Source of the DNA: Cirrosporium novae-zelandiae | Lineage: Eukaryota | Length of the DNA: 64,000 bases | Reading direction: 5' to 3' | NCBI GenBank assembly: GCA_026023565.1 | Contig: JAPETS010000027.1 | Location: forward strand, 62,001 to 126,000 | Shown: piece after piece, positions 11,870 to 21,483 of the stretch | Numbering within the stretch: the first letter of the stretch is position 1 | How the letters are laid out: the number at the start of each line of letters is the position of its first letter | Program-made: the position numbers and the translations under genes | The notes under the pieces: generated by a model | Told to the model about the DNA's origin: nothing | Databases searched by the model: none | What the model saw: the letters and a program-made list of their open reading frames with translations, nothing else

Positions 11870-14809
11870 CTAATCACCCTTCACGGCTTTCTTGCCAGTC
11901 TTCCTTTCCTCCATCATACGAGAGTGATCATCGATCTTCTGAAAGGGCCAAGACCAGCGAGGGTATAAAAATGGACGGAAATCATGACGGTTATCATCAG
12001 GCGAATACTGTTCCGCGTGATAAGAAGGTGTCAAAACGGTGACCTTGTGTCGGTTGATGGCATAGAAATGGTAAAATCGCTTAACCTTCTCCGCAATTTG
12101 GATCGGAGAGAACATTCCACTCCACTCGTGACTCAATCGCTCGTACATTCCCCATGGTCCTAGCTTTGCGACTTTTCGTAGACGCCCGAATATGTCTAGT
12201 TCCTGGTATGTCATGCCCATTTCCTCCTCGTCAGACTGGGGCTTGACGCTGGCATCTGCCGGCAATGGGATGAGCTCGGCTGTAGGGGTGGCGTCGAGGA
12301 ACTCTTGGAGAACGGGGAGATGGAACGTATCGCGGGCGTATGCTACAAACATGACCAAATCTACCTTCGATATTGCACCAATCTAAAAGAGGATTAGTTT
12401 TCGGCAATCGGGGACAATGAACGTTGGTTCTTACAGGGTTTAAATCGGCGCTTGAGCCTGAAAGGTAATCAGTATTGACTATTCTCATGCCCTTGGGGCC
12501 ATATAGCAATTGGGGATCATACAATCATACTTGGTGTAATATCCTCTCAAGTTTTCGGACCACGTCAAGTTAGCTTACTATCTATAATAGCGGTAGTTAA
12601 GCTTACCACGTTTGCTGAGCCTAGAACCTTGAATTACTTAGTTGATTGAAAGTAAAAGCTTAAGCAAAATTACTTACAAGCAAACTGCTACCCCGCTTTG
12701 AACGAACGGTGGGAATCATCTGTGCAAAAAGGTAGGATATGCACATTCTCAGCCGTGCTTGGATATTCTGAAGGGCCAGATTCTCCGAGAGAGTTCCACC
12801 TTGGGTCGAGTATCGAGGATGGAATCCAGTGATAGTAGTGAAAAATACCTGAAGCGCATTTACAACTATCTGAATATTCATATCAAGCTGGTAGAAGATA
12901 AGTAAAGGGCATAATGGCAATTGGAGGGTAGAAAATACATGGTAAGCCCCAATATCGGTGGCCAGGTCTTTTGCACGTGCTCTTGTTTCACGAGAGCTAT
13001 TATCAGTTCCCATATATGCAGTGGAAAAGATTTTATTGCACAAGTCTTGAGGGCTGGTGGGATAATAATCAGGGACTCCGGTTATACGACGGACATCTTT
13101 AAGGACCTGTTCATCTGTCAGGGAAGTGGCGTTAGTCTCGAGTCCCAAGTTACAGCACCAAAGGGGCCCCAAGAGATTAATTTCGGGGACGTCCCTTGCT
13201 TAAAGCCTATCACTGGTATATATACTTACTCCCTTCACCAACAGACTTGACTACCTCTCGGCACATGCTGAAAACCTTGAAAGACCTTATCAGCAATACA
13301 GATACCCTAGAGGCGGCGAGTTCTTACTATGAGTGAAGTACTGCAGCTATCTACGCCACCTGAGAGTGGTATAAAGAACCCTGCAGCTCCGCATCGTCGG
13401 AGGTAGTCCCACAACCAATTCGCAGGACCAAGTGCAATCTAATTAACTTTTAGTTCATGGTCTTATTCATCCCGCCTCTATTTCGAGTAGAGCCTACCTC
13501 CTCTGCAGGGGAGTGTATTCTAGGTTCGATGGCTGGAGTGGGAGAAAGAAAAACGTCGGCTTCATCGCTTGGAACAGAAAGGCGGCAAGAAACCTCAATT
13601 CTTTGATAAGGTTTGGTAAGTTGGGCTTGAAGCCCTCTCGATGGCGCACACCGAAAGGACCGAACTTCTTCTAAATCGATCGTGGCTGTAACAACCTCGA
13701 CGTCTTTCATTCCGAATCTAATGTACCATGAACATTCTGAGAGATTGCTGATGTTAGAACACTTACTGAGCGCCTTGCGCTAGGAGTTTTCCATTGCAGA
13801 AAACTATAAAGTAGACTTAGTCTTGATACGTTCCCTTATTGCTCTTAAACTTACTCATTGCACAACCATCAAAATAGAGTCGTGCTTGACCATCAACCCC
13901 TTTTTGATTTGCATAAAGATAAATTCCACCGGTTTTGGCGGTTGCCTCTTGTATAAGCCTTCTTCGGGTATCGAATTTCCTAAGTTCATGATAACTTCCG
14001 CTTGAGTTGGTGAAGATCTCACAGCCAGCAAGGCCCATCTGGGCGTGGGGGGGATCAGGGCCTAGTAGGTTGTTAACTTTTGTTATCATCACAAGCATTT
14101 GGGTAAATACAAAACAATTCTTCACAAGTTTCGGCACCTAGGCATGTATCCAAACTTGAGATTAGTGCATCCCCGAATGGAACGACTCGTTGCCCAGTGA
14201 TTTTGGATACGATGCTTTCAAGATAATAGTCCTCAACATGACGATCTTTAAGCCATGGTGTAAACCACCTCATCTCGTAGTAGTTTCCATCCCCTGCGAG
14301 ATACTTTTTTGGCCTTATCAGGAGTATCTGTTCGTATTAATTGCGCTGCCGGCCCATTTTCTGCGCATCTTCACTTACCTTTTTATTGTACGAAATAATA
14401 CGTGTATTGTAACGTACGTTTCTATGCCGGACAGGCATTCCTATGTCTAGGAGGATATCCGAGACACGTTCATCACTGATGATTTGGGCATACATTTCCC
14501 AGCAGTGAAGGAACGTATCATTTTCGAGCTTCGGGCGGACAGGTTAGTAGTCAGATCCCCTTGGATAGGATCGCAGTAGGAAGCAGTACAAAATGATCCT
14601 CACAGCTGTAACCAGAAACCTCAAGTTCTGGACCAACTCTTAGGGACGCTCCCGCAGCTTTTGCTTCGATGATACTCTGAATGATTCGGTCCCTGTTTCC
14701 CTCATAGTCTAAAGCCCACTGGTTGAGCGCACTGGATCGATTGTTAGATCGAATCACAGGACAGGGTGGGCAGCACCAACCAAGTTGCTAGAGTAATAAG
14801 GTGGCCCAT
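11870..14809 (-). CDS. QNS1: Glutamine-dependent NAD+ synthetase (nitrilase domain plus NAD synthase domain), 15 exons
   Basis: [75 protein letters not shown] and SPDDNRHD. 14 introns traced by hand; 13 are GT-AG, and intron 12560-12606 is non-canonical (see findings). Confidence 0.96.
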
Positions 14810-15254
14810 GTTGAGTCAGAAAGCTAGAGTAACAACCAAGTACGTTAGATGATCGCTCTCTTAGAATTTAGTTGTTTTCAACACCAGGTATAGACCAATA
14901 AAAAAAAGGAAGTATATTTTCCAAAAAGTAGCTTCCAACTCGTTGTAAAGTAGTGTAAGATGTACAATATGATGGAGCCAATACTCAGGATGAAGACAGA
15001 TTATATTAGAGATAACGTTATCAATAACCCGGAAAACGAATTCTGTATGGCAGGAGAGATAAAGCGGAAAATTGTTTAGGTCTGACACAATCTCTTACCT
15101 TTGATCCCAGCAACTTTCAAATACCCAAAGGAATGACAATGAAGATATCCGGAAAGACCGAGATACAAGCAACATTGGTGGCCGGAATAAAGCCGAAATA
15201 AGGTCCAGCCTCCCAGCCGAAAGGGGGTTAGGTTGATCATTAAGTCGAAACTAA

Positions 15255-15272
15255 GATAAGCTTACGCTTATC
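15255..15272. promoter_or_regulatory. Inverted GATA pair (GATAAGC-ttac-GCTTATC) in the QNS1/NPY1 bidirectional promoter
   Basis: Perfect 7-bp inverted repeat containing GATAAG on both strands; regulatory function is inferred. Confidence 0.35.
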
Positions 15273-15533
15273 CGGTTGATTAATAATCCAACGTCATTTA
15301 TCCTCGACTTTTGCATTCTACCACTGCAACCAGAGGCTAAAGGACGGATCAAACGGCTTATTTTTCGAATCCATTGCTCTATAAAAATAATTAATTACCA
15401 TTTAATTTTTTTTCTGATAGTAAAATTCTGTTTTGGATTTAAAAAACCTATCATTAGAGAACTACGTTGCCGAAGCTTTCCAGAGAATAATAAACCATAC
15501 ACCGAAACACTAGACATTTCTAATAAATCGATA

Positions 15534-16956
15534 ATGCCCCAACCTCAATTACCCTCACCAGCATATGCCGACCTCGATTCGATGCTAAGTCGAAAATTTG
15601 GCCGGGAAGTCGCCAATTATTTCTCAGGTTTGGACTTGTTGAATTCCTTGGCCGGAGGGAACCCAAAGCAATACATACATAGCTTACAGCATGATTTTCC
15701 CCAGGCTCCCCCTTGAACCGAGTAGCATTCCTCCGTACAGACCATCCCTTTCTCTCCGCAGCGGTGTCCCACCCGTCAACCTCGTTTCTGCTGTTCAACA
15801 GCCTAGCACCCTTGACACACGACCCGTCGAAACTTGCATATGTTTCATTCAAAGATGTACAGCCGTTGATCGGGCAAGACCCATATACAAAAACCGAAGA
15901 GCAACTGATTTCCGAGTATAATTCGAGCGTACATACCCCCCAATTGGTATTTTTAGGATTAGATCAAAGCAAGAAGGACGGGTTGGAATATAAGGTCTAC
16001 AAAGGCCAGCCATATTTTGCTTTAGATGTGACTCCCAAGGGAAGCGCCATGGAACAGGCAACGAAGCTGATAGAGGAGACGAAATCTCGAGGCTTGAAAT
16101 TCCTGGGAGGAAGAATGCAAATGACCTTGCCTGCACCAGAAGGTACCAAGCAAAACCCCACCCCTCCCCCACTCCTACCCCACACCTCACATCCCACACT
16201 TCACATCCCACACTAACCCTCCCCACAGCCGCGATATACGGCCTAGGCCGCGCACTCCTAGACTGGAACTCGCGCAACCCCTTCTGCGCCCAATGCGGCC
16301 AACCAACGCTCTCCATAAACGCGGGCTTCAAACGAACCTGCCCACCCACAGACATGCACCCCCTCCCAGGCTCAATCGGCACCACAAACCCCTCCACCCC
16401 ACCACACAACCGCGCCCCCTGCGCCACGCGAAACGGCGTCTCCAACATCTCCTTCCCGCGCACCGACCCTACAGTAATAATGGCCGTCATCTCCCACAAC
16501 GGCCAAAAGCTCCTCCTGGGCCGCAACAAACGCTTCCCCCCAAACTGGTACAGCACCCTTGCGGGCTTTCTCGAACCGGCCGAAAGCGTCGAAGAAGCGG
16601 TCCGCCGCGAAGTCTGGGAGGAAGCCGGCGTCACCCTGGGACGCGTTGTGGTGCACAGCACGCAGCCCTGGCCGTTCCCCGCAAATCTCATGATTGGCGC
16701 GATCGGGCAGACGGTGCCCGGTGGGGAGACTATTGATTTAGGACATGATCCGGAGTTGTTGGATGCGAGGTGGTTTTCGTTTGAGGAGGTTCGGGAGGCG
16801 TTGGAGAATGGGACGAGTGGGTTGGGGGAGGGGCCTGGGAAGGGTTATAAGGAGGGGAATTTGAGGTTGCCACCTAGGACGGCGATTGCGCATCAGTTGA
16901 TTGCGGCTGTGGTAGGGGGGTTCTTGGGGGAGGTAGGGGAGGGGTATAAGATGTGA
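15534..16956 (+). CDS. NPY1: NADH pyrophosphatase (NudC/Npy1/NUDT12 family Nudix hydrolase)
   Basis: NYFSGSPLNRVAFLR, zinc-ribbon FCAQCG, FPRTDP, Nudix box AGFLEPAESVEEAVRREVWEEAG and NudC signature TQPWPFP. Introns 15628-15704 and 16143-16228. The C-terminal YKM resembles a PTS1 variant. Confidence 0.95.
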
Positions 16957-17208
16957 ATATGTGGATATGCGAATGTGAATGTGAATGCGAATATAGACGA
17001 GGTAAGTCGATAAGTAGATAGGAGAGAGACGTTGTTATTTAACAAACGATATAAAAGAAAAGGAAAAAATATATAGGTATATTAGGTACTTCGGTATGAT
17101 ATACGAAGTCAATCAACCAATCAATCAACCACTGATATTAAATGACGCTCACTCTCAAGTATCTATTTACACTTATACCTACACGATACCTACCTCACCC
17201 ACCACCAC

Positions 17209-17209
<1 letters not shown>

Positions 17210-17248
<39 letters not shown>
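17210..17248. repeat. Poly-C homopolymer, 39 nt
   Basis: Uninterrupted C run seen directly; the true length may be affected by sequencing. Confidence 0.9.
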
Positions 17249-17251
<3 letters not shown>

Positions 17252-18242
17252 CTCCTCCCGCCAAAAAACAAAACAAAACAAAACCCAGCCATCTATTTAT
17301 TTATTCTCTCCATCCCCTCGTCACATCACATCCCCTCCCCTAAAAACAAAACTAAAAAAACTAAAAAAAATTAACAAAGCTTGATACCTGTATACCGCAT
17401 ACACCGTTATAAGAGACGTTATAAGCTCACGTCTATCTAACTTCTAACTTCTAACTTCTGACATCTGACATCTGACATCCGACGGCTACGGGCACAAGTA
17501 TACATGTATGTATGCATGCGGGTAAGCGGGTAAGCGGGTAAGCGGGGCGCAATATGAGTGAGTGAGTGAGTGAATTTATACGTGTAGTGTAGAAGAACAT
17601 CCATATCGATACCAAAGTGTGATCAATCAATCACTAAATTAGCGCTTCTTGGGAATCGAATCTAACTTAGTATTTATGGGTATTTTGATATGTGTGTGCG
17701 TGTGTGTGGGAGAGGCGAGGCGAGCCGACTGTGCTATTGAAGGGGGGGGATATATGGGATGAATGGGGGAGGGGGGAAAGGGAGAGGATTTTATTTTTTG
17801 TATTTTGTTGTATTCATGGGATCGAAATACATATCCATTTACGCGACTTTAGATTCTGATTTTCATTTCATAACGAGCGTCAGAATTTTTGCTGCCAATG
17901 ATAATGGAGGGGATGTGTGTTATGGAGGGTATAAAAATGAATATTTACATCAAAAAATGCCCTTTTTTTGTGTGTCCAACATGTGTGTTCAACACAACAA
18001 AAACCCTAGAAGTGGTGGTGGTGGGAATTCCATCGAGGAAGAAGAATAAAAAAAATTGGAAGAAAGAATTGAAAATGCCTTGTCCTGTACTGTCCTGATC
18101 CTGTCCTTTTAGGGAATTAAATCTTTTGCCCACCCGCCCGCCCGCCTGCCAGCCCCATTCATCTAATATCGGTTCTTCAGGTACTCGAGATTCCGTTCCT
18201 CCCAGCCAAGACGCCGTCGCTACTTTTGCCGTATGCTTATGC

Positions 18243-19645
18243 TTATGCTTGAGCGGAAACAGTCACTGTGTAATTCACAACTGTGGTTGTTGTTACAGTC
18301 TCGCATGAGACGGTAGTGGCAGTTGCGGTAACTGTCGCATACACGGTTTTCTTAACAGTGGTGTAGACTGTAGCAGCAATCGAGCAGTTGGATGCGGGTG
18401 CTGATCCAGTAACTGCGTAAGAAAGTGGATAGGGGGGCATGATTGAAGATGATGCGACACCTGCGGAAAGAAGAGAGGAGATGGCTGGCTGAGATGAAGC
18501 TACTGCTGCTGCTGAGGAGGCAGCAGAGGAGACTACTACAGAGAATGTGGAAGGGGAGGCCGAGTAACCGGCTGAGACGTTGGCCGAGGATGAAATGGAG
18601 GGAGTGGAGTAAGAGACATTGGTAGGTGCGAGAGAGGAGTAAGCTGATGCTGAGACAACGCTTGTGGGAGCTGGACCAGAAGATGTGGGAACAACGGAAG
18701 ACGTAGAAACAGTAGATGAGGCGTACACTGCCATAGCTGTCGAAACCGAAGAGTACGCTGCCGAGGTAGTAGAATATGCTGCCGTCGTGCTAGCTGCAAC
18801 GGCGTTCCACAATGTTGGACCAGGAATAGAGTACGAGGTCACAGTCGTCCAGAGGTTAATTGAAATACCAGCGTCACTAGCTCCGTAGAACTCCGTGGCC
18901 GGGATACCGGTAGGAGTTGTTCCTGAACCAGACTCTCCTACGACCTTGAGGTTCACACACATAGGATAGTTCTGGGCCCCATTAGGGTACCTGGCAAAGT
19001 ACAGATTTATGATTTCCGTCCGCAGAACATATCCACCAGGTGCAACGTTATCTGGGATTTTGACAACCCAAGTAGAACCTGCATCGGCCAGGTTGTTGGA
19101 AGCCCAGGTTCCACCCATGTAATACCCATCGACAATACTGCCCACATCACTTACCAACCCAACTTGTTGGATCTTCTCAAAGGTCAAGCCCGTCTTATCA
19201 ACATTGGCACAATCATCGTCCGAGCAATGAGCCAAGTAATCAATAACGGGTCCTTTGTGACCCGTGGGCCATGTGGTCCACTGGAGAGTCACCGACGCAC
19301 CGGGCGAAACGGTGACAGAAGCCTGGCCGGGAGTAGCACCACGGTGACAAATAATATCTGAGGACTCGTATTCGGTTGGGTCGATGTAGCCCATGTCAGT
19401 GTCCTCGGGAATGGACCAACCAGCGACTTTCGGAGTTGGGGTCGCAAGTTCATTTTTGAATTGCCAGCCCGAATAACTGAATAAAATGTGAGCTCAGGAT
19501 ATTCATGACGAGAAACTGAAGCTTACCTGGTGCCTTCAGCGATGATTCCGGTTACAATGCCATGAGCGGAGACAGTAGAGAGGAGATAAGAAGAGGAGAG
19601 GAAGAGAGGAAGGAGGAGAGGCATGAATGATTTTTGAAACGTCAT
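18243..19645 (-). CDS. Secreted AA9 (GH61) lytic polysaccharide monooxygenase with long Ser/Thr/Ala-rich C-terminal extension and no CBM1
   Basis: Signal peptide ending VSA followed by His1 (HGIVTG); DIICH, WPTGHKGPVIDYLA and GAQNYPMC. Intron 19477-19526 (GTAAGC..CAG). Confidence 0.93.
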
Positions 19646-20030
19646 TGTTACGTCAAATCGTCAAGAAGAGAGTGGAATGGCAAGCCAATGTTTGATTTGA
19701 TTGAGCTCAGCTATACAAGGAGCGTGAGATATTTAAAGAAGGAGCGACGTTGAAGTGAAGGAGTGGATAAATGCTCTCAGAGCAGATGGACAACCAGAGC
19801 ACCAGAAGTTCTTGAAAGGAAGGACAAAAATTCACACTGAAAAAAGTGATGAATGATGGATGATGAATGTTAGTGGTGGTGGTGGTGGGTGACCATGATG
19901 GCAGGTGGGCAAGAGATGTATTTGTAAATGCCCAGCTCGACTAGGGGGGGGGGGAGGGGCATTTTTCATTAATATCAAAGTTTGTGGAAATATATTGCGG
20001 GAAAGAGAAACATGGATCTAGGGTAGATTT

Positions 20031-20073
20031 ACGGTGGATTGACGGTGGATTGACGGTGGATTGACGGTGGATT
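20031..20073. repeat. Minisatellite (ACGGTGGATTG)x4
   Basis: 11-bp tandem unit with no spacers. Confidence 0.9.
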
Positions 20074-20477
20074 TACCACTTGGTCTGAGTGTTTGCCTGG
20101 CATATTGATAGACCCAGAGATTGGGTTGTTCCATCGATAATCATCAACAACCAACAGTATGGATAGGATGATAGCAATTTGAGGAAGAGGCGGAAAAGGA
20201 AGATGCTGGCATGTTTCATCTTTGTTATCTGCAAACTTTGATGACAGGGATTTACAGATGAAAAGCTTAACAGCAAGTATTGCATCGGAGATTGCTGATG
20301 AGGCGTCCAGCTCCTTTGAAAATAAATCCCTGAGTTCCTTTTGATCCATGGCATCATATCTTTCAAGTGTGCTAGATGACGCCTCTTGATTTACAGTAAT
20401 TAAAGTAAAAAAGAGTTGTAATTAAGTACTATAGCCTTACCAGGAAAGAATACGCTACCCTTGGGTACCTTGAGGGC

Positions 20478-20537
20478 CTTGGGGCTTGGGGCTTGGGGCT
20501 TGGGGCTTGGGGGGCCTTGGTGCCTTGGTGCCTTGGT
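20478..20537. repeat. Compound tandem repeat (CTTGGGG)x5 plus (CCTTGGTG)x~3
   Basis: Seen directly. Confidence 0.85.
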
Positions 20538-21483
20538 CTGTGCAGTGTTTTTCCAGGGGCATCGGGGTCTAGTCTGGAGGTTACAGGGGTCCTTTGTGTT
20601 ACTCAGATCCCCCCAGAAGCTCTCGGCTCCCTCCATGACCAAAGTAGCGACAAATGTTTTCTCCTCGTACATGTACCACCACCAGTGGAGATCATCTCTT
20701 CCACATCTTAATCAACTATTTACTAATTCCTAAATCGTGCATGTCTTCTTTACCCGAGTTCCCCCGATCAACCTAGAAAAATTGTTTCCACAAATTTCAT
20801 CAACCACTATATGTCTTCTCCAAGCCCTTGCTTGACAAAACGTCTGCCATATCTGTCTTGTGACCTAACTAAAAGCGCCCAAAGGACATGTATGCAGGAG
20901 GAGAACAAAGAACGGATATGCATGGGAAGTTGATATAACATCCCTGGTCTCGCGGGCCGAACATGCATACTTCACCGAACCCAGACCATACATGGGCACT
21001 CTCGGTATATAGCCAGCCGCCGACATGACGGTTGAGCTACTGATATTACTCATCACGAAGTATGCGAGCCTTGCTGACAATATCAATCTATCAAGCGTAC
21101 CAAGTATCTCATGAATGAATGGGAAGACCTAATAATAGCCCCTTGAGAAATCAACATCTGAATGAATGAGAACAAAAAGCAAAGAATAAAGAACATTAAT
21201 CCTTCTTGATCTTTGTTTGACAATAGTCTATATTTCTTTCATCTTCATTGTTTCCTTAATATAATCTAGAACGAATGCAACAAAAAATCACAAAGGAAGA
21301 AAAAGAAATGGTAGATGAATATATATCAAGACCCCCGACCCTTGTTTTTTGTTTAAATTTTTGATTCTAAAATTTCCCCACCTGTACACAAGCCTTCTCA
21401 CCAATTCCTTATATCTTCAAACTTACACATTATAGTAACTATAAACGAAATTTCTGCTGGTTCAGGAATTATAATCTACCAAT

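Noticed and set aside
14812..14818. TGAGTCA (Gcn4/CpcA-type site) beside the QNS1 start codon
   Set aside because: A single 7-mer 2 bp from the ATG, which is expected by chance in 64 kb.
20031..20073. Regular repeat resembling a CRISPR array
   Set aside because: It has 11-bp tandem units without spacers, in a eukaryotic context.
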